Assembly (NCBI GenBank): GCA_018398765.1
Contig: JAHBMJ010000355.1
Span: forward strand, 1 to 64,000
DNA: 64,000 bases
Direction of reading: 5' to 3'
From: Chromera velia
Taxonomy: Eukaryota
Position numbers and translations under genes: made by a program. The notes under the pieces were generated by a model. That model had not been told where the DNA came from. It did not search any database and saw only the letters and a list, made by a program, of their open reading frames with translations. Shown in pieces: positions 9,340 to 22,929 of this stretch; positions within the stretch are counted from its first letter, which is position 1, and every line of letters starts with the position of its first letter.

Positions 9340-12090
9340 TCATGCCTGCGGTGCTCGGTCTTGATTTGTTGGCTTCACGAAAAAGTGAACTTTCGACAAC
9401 ATTCGCAGGCGCCCGTCCTTTTGTTTCTCGTCTGCTGCTTTTATACTGCTCCAACGTCTCCTACTACAGGTCAAGACAGCTTAACAGTGTGCTGGATTCA
9501 TCCCTCACTTTTTGCGTGTTCTTTCTCGTGAAAGGTCCTTGTTTTTCCTCCGCAGGCCCCGTGCAACCTTGCTCCTGACCTCTGCAGGGCTTTATCAGGT
9601 TTTGTCGGCCAGGGCCAGACATCCCAAGAGAAGTTAGCAATCCCGCTAGCGGCTGACCAGGTCCGCACCAGTTTTCTTCTTGAATTGCTGGCAAGTCTCT
9701 GCAGTGTGTCAGACCTTTTTAGTGAAAGCTTGGAAGAATAATGAGTTGTCGTCCCAGTCCTATCCCGATTCTTTCATTCGATTTTCGTGACTCTGGTCCA
9801 TCATCTGTACACGATGTTTGTTGTATGCCCTTTAAACCCCACCAGAACAAAATTACTGCTGAGCAGGCCCCTCCGTCTCCTGATTCCTCAGACCTTCCTG
9901 TCCCTCCTGTCCCTGACAGTGAGATCCCTGTAGACGTCGATGTCGTTGCTGAGCAAACCACAGAGGAAGCTGCGACTGCCGAGTTTGTTTGGTGGTCTGA
10001 GTCAGAGGGAGAGACAATGTCATGTGAGGGAGAGAAAAAAGAGAAGAAGAGAGTTGAAGGAAGCTCGCATTGCAAAAGCGTTTGATAACTATTTGGAGAT
10101 CGCATGTGCAGTAATAAAGGCTGAGAAGGTGCGAAAGCTGTTGCAGAGAGAGAATGATGTGAAAGGTCACATCATTACCACTCAAGAAGAGATAGCTCAG
10201 GGCTTGTTCAAAGAGTCCGATCGAAAAGAGCTTGCCAGGTGGTGTTTATACTCTGTGTTTGATTTCTCCTCTTAGACGTTGCAGACTAAGTAGGGAGTGA
10301 AAGCCGTCTCTCTCCGTTGGATTCGAACGTGGAAGCTGAAAGACGGAAAACAAGTTACCAAATCCCGTCTTGTGGCAAGGGGGTTTCAGGACTCGCGTGA
10401 TTAGGGAATGTTGGAGATTTACTCCGGTACAGCAGACCCTAGCCTTGCCAGAGTTGCGTTTCTGTGGGTAGTCTCTCGCGGATTGCAGGCCGTCAAGATG
10501 GATGTCTCGACGGCATTTCTCCAGGCCCCCATAAAGGACGCTGTGTGGCTGCGTCTCCCTTCTAACCTCCCTGTGGAGGTCTATCCAGGGCTCTGTGCGG
10601 GTGTGTTCGTTCACATCCAAAAGGCTGTGTACGGCCTGAAGGACGCTCCAAAGGTGTACACCTCCTACTTAAAGAAGAAGGTGCGTTCATTGGGGTAGAC
10701 TGAAATCTCAGAATCTATTCTGGTCAGAAGAAATCGGAAGGAAGAGCTTGTTGCATTGCTTGTTATACATGTCCGACTCGACGATCTTTTTCTTTTTTTT
10801 CCTTCTGTTAATGAAGATGTCAAGGGAATTTAGGGGTTGTTCGATTTCGATAAGCCAGAAAGAATGGACAATGGAGAGTTATATCTGTATGTTGGCATGT
10901 CTTAAGGCATGTCCATTCGTATGCGTCCAGGTGAGATGTTACTCGATCAGTCGAGTTACATTCAAGGGATGTCTGAGGGTATGAGTGAGAAAGCAAAAAA
11001 GCCGTTGACAGAGAAGGACCTTTTGCTGCCTGAGGAGAAGGATGTGGATCTGTCTCTGCAGGCTAAACAACAGAAGAATGTTGGTTGTTTGGGATGTGCG
11101 GTTAAGACCCAACCTTCTCTGTCCTTTTTCTTTTCTCACCTGTCTCGCTTGAACTCTCGTCCATCCCGTTCGTCTGTTCTTATGACTGAGAAGGCTCTCT
11201 GGCATGCCAGAGAGACTGCTCGTCTGCTGCGTCTCTCTTCTGTCTCTTCTGTCCCCTGTCTGTTGGTTTAAGGGGATGCGAGTTATGAGTTAGCAAAGAA
11301 GCTAAGCCTTAGGAAGGGAGGTTGGGAATAATCGAGATGCAGTTAGTGGATGAAAGTGAGATTGCGAATCTTGAGAAGATAAGCGAGGACAACACCGTGT
11401 TTTGGCTCAGCAAGAAGCTGGCAAGAAAGCTGGGGTCAACGACTTCAGCTGAGTTGTTTGCCATGCATGATGCAGTCAAGTCCTCTTGGTCGATCACTCA
11501 CTTAGTCAGAAAGTTGTGGGAAAAGATGCCTCCTGTTGTTGTTGTGGCTGACTCGCAGCCGTTGATGTTTCAGTTGAGTAGTAAGCAGTGTAAGAGCGAG
11601 CCTCGCATGCAGGGTGAGTTGGAGTATCTGTTGGAGAACCTTGTGGAGTTGGGAGTGAAGGTGAAGTAGGTTCAGTCAGGTTCCATGCGTGCAGACAGAC
11701 AGACGAAGTTCCTTCGTTGCAGTTGAGTGTTTCTGAGTTTCTTCTCTTTCAGTGTGTCTTCCCTGCTCACGTTCGCAGTTCAGACAGGGGGTGATCTGTG
11801 AGAGAAAGTGCATGCAGGGCGGTGTATCGAGGCGCGCTGGGCGGGCCGTACGGACCTTTAGTGGGCCGAGGCCTGTATGCGTGCATCAGTGCGTCATTCT
11901 TTGTTCAAACTCGAATTGAGTGCATACGCCAGGGATACTTGAGTTGGGCTTGAATATGCTTGAATGTGAGCTCGTGTGATTGAAGGAAACTGTGAGTGCG
12001 ATCAGTCTGCCAGTGGTTGAAAGTGATAGGATGGCAGTTTAATCAGTCAGACACACACTGGTGCATGGGCGTGGGTCGTGCGGTTTCTCA
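9340..12090 (+). mobile_element. Decayed, 5'-truncated Ty1/Copia LTR retrotransposon (RT, RNase H and probable 3' LTR)
   Basis: RT motifs [32 protein letters not shown] and a disrupted HV..DD. RNase H motifs GDASY, FWLSKKLARKLGSTTSAELFA, ADSQPL and MRADRQTK. It has multiple stops and frameshifts. The 5' boundary is approximate. Confidence 0.92.
11799..12090 (+). repeat. Putative 3' LTR of the Copia element
   Basis: Follows the purine tract AGACAGGGGG (~11782-11791) just after the pol stop, and has TGAGA...TCTCA inverted termini. No matching 5' LTR is present in the window. Confidence 0.55.
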
Positions 12091-12758
12091 TGTTGAAGCA
12101 GTGACGTAATCGCTGTCAATGCACTGCCGTCTCGCATAAACTTCTTGACTGTTGCTAGAAGATGGAGTTGAGAAGACTGAAGAACTTTGTTGTTTGGTAG
12201 GTTTAGACTTTCCTATTTGTTTTATTCTGTTCAAGTCTATGTACTACTTGGCCGTTCCCTAGCTAAGTATATAGCGTACCATCACAAACAGCACACGATT
12301 AACAGTGTGTTTTGATGTGTTTTGCAGCAAAGAAAACGTCAACTTATAATTTCTTTTCATATGAAACATACTTTGCATTTAGAGGTGCACCGTATGCCGG
12401 GCATTCATTGACTCCAAGTTTTTTCATTGTTTCAACAATGCAAAGAAGCTCCCCAATAAAAGAGGCAAAAGATTCAGAGACACTCTTGGGTGCCTCAGCT
12501 TTTACATGAAAAGTACAAAGCAATACAAATATCAGTAAAACAAATTTGGGAGTCAAAATTATTAACCCCGGTTCGAATCAATATCGATCAAAGAAGAGAA
12601 ATTTTTCTGCAAGCCTGAAAGAGAGAGACAGAATGACAAAGCGAGAGAGGGGTTGCGGGTGGGGCAGACTTTGGGTGAAGGGAGGGAGGGAGATAGGAGG
12701 GAGGGAGGGGGAAGGATGATGGGAGGGGGACAGGGAGAGGGCCAGGGGAGGGAGAAAA

Positions 12759-12826
<68 letters not shown>

Positions 12827-12951
12827 GAGGTTCGGCGATGTTCTATATAGCACCAGTGTGTATAGATATGCGTCGTCATGAATGTTTTACATGAGTATTT
12901 TTGTTTGGTCATGATATGGTGTGTGAATAGTGTGAATAGTTTACTATTCTA

Positions 12952-14167
12952 CACCGTCCACACAGGGTTACGATGGGGGTCTGTGAGGGGTTTACGGATT
13001 ACGACTTTTTTTGTTACGGTTTTTCCGTAACTTGGCGCAATTTTTTAGTACGGAAAACCCGTAATTCGAGCGTTGTGGGGCCAACAGAGGGCCCTGCCAT
13101 AGAAATCTTGCGCGGTTCTTCATGCAGTGCATGCATCCTGCATGCATGCAATTCAATCATTCAATCATAATATATGCATGCATGCATGCATGCTTATACA
13201 AGCAAATGATTGCATTGACTCCAAGACCGGTAAGCCAAAGGAGCCAACCATTGCCAACCGATGAGGTGCGATCTTGTTAAGCTGCTGTTAATCGTTTGAT
13301 GCAGGAATCGCCGCGACCAGCATACACGCCTTCAGACAGAGAAAGCGTGCTAGAGACGGAGATAGACGGGAGAAGCGTGCTTGTGCCTGTTTATACCTGG
13401 CTGTTCTTGCTTGTCGCTGTGTCTGCGTGCCTGACTGCCTGCCTGACAAAATGACTCTCTGCGAAGGTCAGGAGGGGTGAATGAATGAATGAATGAATAG
13501 ATAGATGGATCGAGATGGATGGATGGATATGACGAGGATGGATGGATGGGTGACTGAATGTCGGGATGAGTGAGTGAGCGTCGAGTGAGTGCTAGAGTGA
13601 GTGCAGGTAAATGTGAGAGTGAGTGACTGAGTGGATGAGTGAGTGGAGGTAGGTGAAAGAACGAGTGAGTGCGAGTGGGTGAGTGAATGAATAAGTAAAT
13701 GGATGAGTGAGTGAAGGTGGTGTGGGAGGGAGTGAGTCAATAAGTGAGTGCGGCTGGGTGGGTGAGTCGCTGAGTGAGTGAGAGAAAGAGGGCGTCAGTG
13801 AATGAGGGAGTGGGTGAATGAATGAATGATGAATGAATGTCGCACAGTTCGAGCAAGAGTTTGCCGAGTATATAAAGCGCGTGAGTGGGTGGGTTGGGAT
13901 GGATGGACGCATTCTCTGTATCTGTGCCGGTCTGTGCGTAAATGTGTTTATGTGTGTGCGTGAATGTACAATTCAGTGGCACTAATAGTATGTATCTGCA
14001 TTTCCATGCTCAGTAGTATAAAAGCAGACACGTCTAAGGTTACAGCAAGAGATGCCAACAACCTTGTGGTCTACAGATGTGTCCTAGGATGTGTCACTTC
14101 TGTGCGATGCAACACCGTTTCTCTTCCATATCTGCTTTCTCTTCTTTAACATTTTCAGACAATGTTT

Positions 14168-14217
<50 letters not shown>

Positions 14218-14766
14218 TATGTGAGTGTGTGTGTATATGACTGTGTGTGTCTGTGTGTGTTACAAATTGTACCGTCTCTTTGCGAACTGCAGAGAGCGAG
14301 CTGTTTCTGCAGGGCTAGTAGCTAGATCAGGGGGGGCATCTTCGAGTTTGTCTTTCTCAAATCAGCCCTCTGCCGCCAAGGCAAAGGCGAAGGGTAAAGG
14401 AAGGCCAAAAGGCAAGGCAAAAGCCAAAGCCAGCAGTTAAGAAGACTACAAGAGAAGGGGGGGGGGTGGAAAGGGCTTGCAGGATCGATCTTTTGTATTG
14501 TTTTATCAAACTTTTGAATGTAAAGGTAGCTATAGACAATCCTATAGACGTCAAAAAGCAAGTCTTAAACAGATTGAATTCAGTTTTTTTCCTCGTATTT
14601 GATATCCGGAACTGAATAATCGTATATCAGGCTATTATCAGCAGGTTGCGTTACTATTTTTCTGTAATTTACCATTTTAAACCTTCAGTTACTAAAAAAC
14701 CGTAACTCGGCGGCCTGACGGCCGCCTCATTACTATTCTTTAGCGGTTACTCTTATGTGAACAGTG
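12952..14766. mobile_element. Non-autonomous TIR DNA transposon (Tc1/mariner-like, TA-flanked) carrying spliced gene remnants
   Basis: Left end TA|CACCGTCCACACAGGGTTAC; right end reverse complement TA|CACTGTTCACATAAGAGTAAC. Subterminal match GTTACGGTTTTTCCGTAAC vs GTTACGGTTTTTTAGTAAC. No transposase was recognised. Confidence 0.6.
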
Positions 14767-15507
14767 TATACTATTCACCCTAGTCAGATCTTACAATTTA
14801 AAAAATGACTTCATACCTATCGGAAGACCTTTATAAGACAAAATGGCGACAGTGCTCTAGGGCACCACTAATCACTAATCACTAATCACTAATAGTTTAC
14901 TAGTCTCTGAATAGCTTACTATTGTGACAGTTTAAAAACATACCCGACCCATAGATGACTGAGGGATAGGAAGTACTTAGCAAATGCCGAAGAAGGCATT
15001 TGGACGGAAGAGTGTCAAGTATGAGGTCGTATAAGAGAGAGAGCTAGCAGTGAGAGCAGTAACCAGGACAGAAGGAAGAGACGAAAGACGCATAGGCCAG
15101 ACGCTAGGAATAAACTTTAAGTCAATGCCCCCCACCCATAGATGTGATATTGGCGGTCAACAAGTCCAAGTTAGAGGGGCTGGAGCTTTGATCAGAGGGG
15201 CCTTTGGAGACAAAACAGCTATCGGCCCCTTGAGGTTGGTCTCCATCCATCAGAGAGAGAAAGATACACTCTGATACAGACCAATAGACCCTGAGAAGAA
15301 AAAAGAAAGAACCAATTGTTACCATGAAATGAACTAGAAGGGTCTAGTTAAGGATATCAGTCTAGTCACTTACATGGTTCTTTATACAGAAATAATAATG
15401 CAAAACGTTTGTCCGGTTTCTACTCTCATCGATCAAGAGTTGTTCCATCGAATCACTCTGAGTGTTTCACCAAGCAACTTCATGACATCGATTAACGCAT
15501 GTATCTA

Positions 15508-15772
15508 GGCGACGCACAGTGGTAAAAAAAAAAAAAAGAATAGACATGTCAAGATTTTTTTTTTTTTTTTTTTTTTTTTTNTTTTTTTTTTTTTTTTTTT
15601 TTTTTTAGTCTAGTGGTCAAAGCTCCAAGCAAACTTAGCAAAGGTAGGTCTTGTAGTTAGATGTGTTTTTGTTATATATTTGGCACTTCCAATAAAATAA
15701 TAGAAAAAAAAATAAAAAAGATTAGGCTTCCTCAGATTTTTTTTTTCTTTTTTTTTATTACTGTGCGTCGCC
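15508..15772. mobile_element. MITE with terminal inverted repeats and poly-A/T interior
   Basis: CTA|GGCGACGCACAGTGGTAAAAAA ... TTTTTTATTACTGTGCGTCGCC|TAG. TA flanks both ends. Confidence 0.8.
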
Positions 15773-16289
15773 TAGGTATGTATTTTCTCCGTAATGCCTC
15801 AAGCCCCGCCACACCGATAGGCAACGCAGCGGCTCGGGACCAGCCAAGTCGGGCCTACCAATGCACGCCCGCCTTCTCTCTATAAGTGGCTGATTACACC
15901 ATAGAAGAAAATTGATATCCACTAGGATATCCAAAAGTTTTAAGTTTCTCAATCTTCAAGTTATAACTGTTTAACAAATTTTGAACCGAAATGTCTTTTT
16001 TAAATATTAGGACGAGCTATAGATATATAGGAATTTTTTATATTTCATTTTTTTTTTGCTTTATATTTTCATGCTTTAGATAATATAAATTAATTTAAAT
16101 TTGAACAAATGATAAAAAAAAACGTGTTGTTGTGTGTAAATGTCCATCTTAGTCTCCATGATTCTTAGAGCAACCTTTTGAGTTTTTGTACACTTCACGT
16201 GGAGACACAGATGCATCCTAATATCCTCAGATAGTCAACTCTGCATGCATTATATCAAATCAAAGTTGACGTAAGCCCCCTCTCTCACT

Positions 16290-18418
16290 CACCGCAGAGG
16301 CTCTGATGAAAGCCTGCGAGGCGGCGTCGCGCTCCGAAATCTGCAAATGTCCATGCAAGACGCACAAACGCGCCGTAGTTAGTATTCATATTCGTACAAA
16401 AGCAGAAATCACACAAACCACACAAATGATAAGAAAATGTACCGAGACTGATGCCATGTGTGCATGTGTGTCCCTGGAGCAAAGAGTCGCACCGGCCCCA
16501 TTGGTTCTTCCTTCTTTCATTTCAAAGGATTCATTCGGGAGAAAAACATCCCGAGGGGACTTTCTGCATACAAAGTGACAGCCGAAAAGACAACACAGTG
16601 CGAAAATTGAAACTTTCTGTTCACCCCTATTCACTCTCCTCCCCACCAACCAACCTTTCCTTGCTCGTGCCGCACACGTGCGAGAAGATACAGCAGCCGT
16701 TTGCAGCGCCCCAGCAGACGCACTCCTCCTCCTGCCGCCTCGACTTCTTCTCTCCGAGTTCTCTCTGTCCTCCCATCATGGTCCCCCCTGACAGCAGAGG
16801 AGCTCCCCCACCTCTGTTCAGAGTCCATACACACATCCTCCTCCTCCTCCTGCTGCTGCTGTGTGTCTTTCGGGGTACCAAGGGGGGAGGCAGCAGGGGG
16901 GTCCGGCAAGGTGGTCCACCCGGCAGACCGAAGACCGGCCTCAAGAGACGCGGCGGTCTCCTCTAGCACACGTGCACGCCCTCTCTGCTGCAAATGGGAG
17001 GAGGCGCCTGTCCCCCCAGACTTGCCGCCAGCCTTATCCTCTCCTGCGCCCTCTGCCCCCATTGCTAAAGACAAAAGAGAGAGCAGCCCGATCGCCCTCG
17101 CCTCGTGGAGACGGGACCACAAGAGCTCCCTTCTCTCTCTCTCCCTCCTTCCAAATCCAGAGGAGGACGACGAAGAGGAAAAAGTAAAATCACCCGAAGA
17201 ACACCCCCGAATCCCCCCCCTTCCGCTCCCTCTCCGTGCTGTCTGCTCTAACAGCAACTCGGCGGCATCAAGCAGAGAGAGTGCCTGGGAAACGCGACTC
17301 GAGGCTGAGACCGCATCTGCATCTGAGCTGCTGCTGCTGCCAATTCCCCCCTCCGCACATCCCCTCTGAACCCGAACCACCCCCTCAGTGTTCTCCTTCT
17401 CTTCTAATCCCTGGCCAGGGGGTCCGGAGGGACGGTCGTCCTCACAGCAGGTTGGCGGGGGGGGACAGTCAACCGCAACCGAGAGCAGAACCTCTGCACG
17501 GCAGAGTGCCGCAACGGCCCGGGCCTCCCCGTCCCCTTCTGCCTCTGCCTGCGCACAGCCTGCAGCAAGGGGAAGCAGCACCCGGGCGTCTGCAGAGGAA
17601 AGGGGGAGAGACAGAGAGTCACCCTCACCAGCTCTCCCTCTCCTGTTCCCTTCCAACACCCCAATACCCGCCCTTTCTTTCTCTGCACCTGGAGACCCAC
17701 TGCCCGATCCTGTCACCCCTCTCGCTTCCTTCCCCCCTCCTCCATACCGCCGCGACCACTCCAGTGTCTGCCCAGGAGGCCCGCATACCCCCCCCCGTTC
17801 CCTCTGGAGCGACGCGGCGAAACGGAAGAGCTGCCGCGAGAACGGAAGGGGAGGGGGGGGCTTCTCTGAGCCCTCTGACCTCATCTCCCCATCCCCTCCT
17901 CTTTTTTCGTTCCCCCCAAAGTGGTCCTTCCGATCTGCCTCGGAGAGAGACCTGCACTTCCGTGCGTGCCGTCTCCGCGTCAGAGAGCGTGGGGGCAGGC
18001 ATCGGAGAACGCACAAATCACAAAGAGCGCAAAAAGCGGTGGGGGGGTAGTCGGAGCTTCCTTGATTGCTGCCAGATCTCGCTCTCTCCTGCAGAGAGGT
18101 ATTCCAAAAGAGCAAACACAAATGCATGAGAGCAGGCGGGCAGAAAAAGCCATTCCATTGTGCCATTCCAAAGCCCATCCCATCTAAGAAAGAACAGCAA
18201 GATCAGGAGGCAGAAAAATAAACCAGTTCCGAAATTGAGCGGGCTCGAAGTCTACAAAGAGCCATTGCAGCATCAACAAAGTGACATACTGTCGGTGCAG
18301 TGAGGCCCACGCATGCACGCACAAGCGAGCGGATGTCCTCAATCTTTCAACACATAGACACGCACTGCAAAAGTCAACCAAAATAGAAAGGCCACATCAA
18401 CGCAAACATATGTATAAT

Positions 18419-18463
<45 letters not shown>

Positions 18464-18858
18464 CATACATACATACATTGTGTCGATATTCATCAAAGAG
18501 AAGGAATGACTTTCCTATTTGCTGTCAGAGAGGAGATAGCTGCTGTTGCTGCTGCTGCCCGACCTTTGCTGCATCCCCACTGCTTCTTGTCCGGACGGCG
18601 CTGCTTACTCCAAACGTCCTTTCGACCTAAGGGGAAAAGGCAAAGCAAGGGAAGGAAGACAGGAATGCTTGAGAGACAAAAGCTATAGAGCGATACTTTA
18701 TCATTGCAAAATGAATTGAACGAACAGGTGATAGAAGATCAAATTATCGCAACAGACAGACAGTCTGCATGCCCGGGCACATTCCGATCTTTCTTTCGAC
18801 CCGGTACATGCCGAGAAAGAAAGAAAGTACGTGCCGAGAAAGAAAGAAAGAAAGAAAA

Positions 18859-18892
<34 letters not shown>

Positions 18893-21800
18893 AGACATGC
18901 ATGCGGAAAGAAGCGGCCAACCTCGACCTCAATCTATGTCTTTCCTTCTGCTCCCTTCTTCTCTGCATTGTTCATTCTTCTTGCACCGCCACGCCCGACT
19001 GACTGCTTCTTCGGCGAAACACAAAATTTCCCTCAGCCGGCTCTCATCGGCACTCGGCGGGTCATCCGACTTCCCCTGCTGCTGCTTGTCTCTCCCTCCA
19101 GATATCCCGAAAAGCGCGGGAGAGGAAGACGGCGCAGAGAGAGCACGCCCTACTGCAGCCACATGAGAGGCGGCGCTGCGCTGTCCACTCAGCAGACCGT
19201 TCCCCCCACCGCCCTCTTCTTCTCTCCTTGCTTGTGCAAGACTCGAGAACGTGCGCGCATTCGCCAAAAGACAAAGAGACAAACGGCAAGCAGAATCTCT
19301 CAACTCCTTCCACTTCTGCTGACCATCCCTCCCTCCCGCCCATCTTCGTTGAGACATCAGCCGAGACTCCTGTCTCTTAATTCCGCCAGGCCCCTCCTTT
19401 CTCTCTCTCAACACCCCCCCGTGCACAAGATCAGAAAGCCCCAATCTAGACAGCGAGGGGGCAATCCCAGAAGGCGGGTCCCCGCTCTCGCTCCCGTCCT
19501 CTCCACTCCAATCACTCTCCTCCTCCCCCTCCTCCACGTCCAATGCAGAAGAAGGGCGTGCCCTCACTGTCGGAGGCCCCATCCCCCCACCCTGCCCCTG
19601 CCCCCCTGCAAACCCAGTACTCGGCATTCCGACAGCAGACGCACTAGGAGGACGCCCCCCCGAGTCAACCGGAGGTGCAAGCAGAACCCCCCCTGCCGTC
19701 TCTGCCACTCGCCCCCTCACAGCGAAAGGGAAAGGCAGCGGAAGTGGAAGGGACAGCAGAGCAAGCTCACTCGCGCTACCTGCACCAAACGACAACCCTG
19801 AGGGCCCCCCTCCGTCCCCTCCCGTTGATGCCCCCGTCGGTTGTGGTTGTTGCTGTTGAGGTCTCCTTTCTCCTCCCTCCGCCTGAGGGTTGAGGGAAGC
19901 CGGGAAGCCTGGGCAAGGGAGGATGCCGCTTGCACCCCCGACATTTCTGCCGAGAGAGAAAGTGTCTGCATGCAGAAGGAAGAAGTAAAGACGCGTAGAA
20001 GAAGTGAAGCTTCACACAGACGTTTGTTTCCCTTCCACCCTTGTGACCATGTTCGTTCGTTTGTGTGTAGGAAGGAAGCGTCGCCTGCTCTCTCTCTCTC
20101 TCTCTGAGACAAGCAAACAGTCCCCTTCTCTGCTCTCTCTGTGCCAGAGACACAAAAAAGGACAGTCCGTATCCGAACCCGTCTCTCTTCAAAATCTTGC
20201 TGAGGAAGAGACAGAAGCAGTCTGTGAAGCAGACACTGGCAACAAGCCACCTGACTCCCCCGCTTGATGTATTGAGGTATTGATCGACTGACAACAAACA
20301 CACAAGGCAAGCAAGGAGACTCCCTCGCTTGATGCATTGATCGACTGACAACAAGCACACAAGGCAAGCAACAGGGCCAGACCCCGAGACACACACAGAG
20401 GGTCTAGGCTGGTGTCACGCTTTGACTGTCAAATTCTGTCAGACGTTCAAAAACACGACCGATTCCATCAACTGGCTATCCATATTTTCTTTCAACACAA
20501 ACAAAAGAAACACTTTTGGAGAGAAGACAGAGGCAGCGCGAACGCGGCAAACGATCCGCTCCTCGAGAAGTCAAGAAGACATGCAGTCAGTCAGTCGGGG
20601 GAGGGAACCTTTGCGATTACGGTGACCTAGCGTTCACCCCGACCGACCGACCTCGATCTGCACTGCCCACCCAGGAAAGACAGGAGGCGCCCCCCTCCCC
20701 CCCCTCCCCAGTGCTGCACAGGGTCCCCTCGAGTTCGCTCACACAAAGCAGAAGGCTGTGCAACACGCTTCTGCAACACAAACACACAAACAACATAAAG
20801 GTAAGTGAAATGAAGGAAGAACATGAAAGAAAGACACGCAGCAGCCAAAAAGGAACGAAGTGGTAACAGAACAAACGAGCGAGAGATGGCCGCCGCGAGA
20901 GGAGAGAATTCAGCAGCAAACGGAAGGAAGCCCGCCCACCCACCCACCCACATCCATCAAGGACAAAGACGGGAAAGACGAGAAAGAAGAGAGAGGCGTC
21001 TCTTCCTTCTATAGCAGACCGACCGACCGACCCTTGAAGTCGAGACCGGACAGTGGCTCCCGCGATTGCACTCAGACAGAGGACCAGAGAGCTGCAGCAC
21101 AGAGCAGCCACCCTCAGCATGCTGAAGGCCACCGCAGATTTCAGACACGTCCCCAGTGCTCTGAGGCCACGGGGGACGTCCGACTCCCAGCTGGCCATCG
21201 TGTCAATCTGCACACAGAAGATGAGAAGGAAGTGAGCAACGAGGCAAGAAAGAAAATCGCTCTTTTATCCCCCTTCCATCTTTGAGTGTCTCCGTGTCTG
21301 CATGTGTTTCCCTTCCTTGAGTGTCTCCGTGTCTGCATGTGTTTCCCTTCCTTGAGTGTCTTCGTGTCTGCAGGTGTTTCCCTTCCTTGAGTGTCTTCGT
21401 GTCTGCAGGTGTTTCCCTTCCCAGCATCTTCAGAACAAACTGCGTGTCTGCATGTGTTCCCTTCCCAGCATCTTCAGAGCATGTGTTTCCCTTCCCAGCA
21501 TCTTCAGAACAAACTGCGTGTCTGCATGTGTTCCCTTCCCAGCATCTTCAGAGCATCAGAGCATGCGTTTCCCTTCCCAGCATCTTCAGAACAAACTGAC
21601 GATTCCAGCATATGCAGGGCTGGCTTAGTGAGTCGAGCGCTTCAAAGAGACGTGCCGGCCTTTTCACCTGCTGCACCTTTGCATTCATTCCTCTGTAGAC
21701 TCCATTTAATTGAGAGATGCTTGACGTCCCTACCCCGTCTTTCTCTCTTCTTGAAAAAAAAGACATAGAGTTTATCAAACGACGCGTCAAGATTCAAAGG

Positions 21801-22891
21801 ACATACAGAAAACGGTTTGTGCAGAGAGGAAGAAGGGGAGACCGTCAAACAACCAGCTGACAGACGTTTCCTTCCCCGCCGTCTCCTTCACGCAAAAGAG
21901 GCCCCGAAAGAGAACCGGAGAGGACTGTGGGGGGAAGGGCTGCCAGGGATGATGCAACCGCGCAGAGAATTTTCAAAGAGGCGCAGGCGGACTCCTGCAT
22001 GCACACAGAGAGGCAGACAGATGGTCAGCCGTTCAGTCAGCTTCTCTAAACACATACAAGGTGCATGGAAACTGGAAGAAAAAAGCGAAAGGCATAGAAG
22101 AAACCTTTCAGGGAGATCCTCGGCCATGCCTTTAGCTTTCTTTTTTCACTTTCAATTTCTGGGGAAGGATCTCTCAGGTATCGCCTTCATCATTTCACCA
22201 GCGGAGTGGGAGTACATGAGGGCATCGATCTGCGGAATGCTCCTTCCCCTTCCACCATAGAAGCAAGAGCAGCCACACCAAGACGGGGGGGAAGGGCGGC
22301 AAAGAAAGAAAAGAAAGAAAGAAAGAAACAAGAAAAGGAGAAAACCTGGAAGGAACAACCAAAAGGAAGAAGGAAGCCTCAACCCCCCCCTCCAAAAGAC
22401 TCATTCATTGACAGCCATCCATCCCAACTAACTCCCTGACTCACTCAGTCACTCACCTGCGCGCTCTCAGACGCCGACCGAATCCATCGGAGCACCCGTT
22501 CTGACCTTCCGCCCCCGGTCAGCACCATCCGCTCAGAGCTGTCACGAGCGGCTACGGCAGCCAGACGAATGAGGGTCTCAGGGGTAGGCAGACATCGCCA
22601 TCCTGATCGAGTGCACACGAACGACCAGAGTGAGTGAGTGAAGGGGATAAAAAGAACAACACACAACAAACAATTTGTCAAAGAGAAGCAGGACGCCCGC
22701 ACATCATGCCAAGACGCATGGGTCACGTTCAACAAGCTGCGTTGAGCCTTTTTTTTTCAAAACAAAACACCATTCCATTTCTTTCGCTTTCTTTTTCATT
22801 TTTTTTTACCAAAGAAATTCGACGATGTGGCTTCCCTTCTTTTTGACTTTCCCTCCTCCCCAACACAGGCAGAAGAAAGAAAGATAGGCCC

Positions 22892-22929
<38 letters not shown>

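Noticed and set aside
12344..12556. 70-aa secreted peptide
   Set aside because: It starts at TTG, lies in an AT-rich TE island and has no other support.
14930..15330. Minus-strand gag-like remnant with a TGGTAACA PBS-like start
   Set aside because: Too degenerate; no LTR pair or diagnostic motif.
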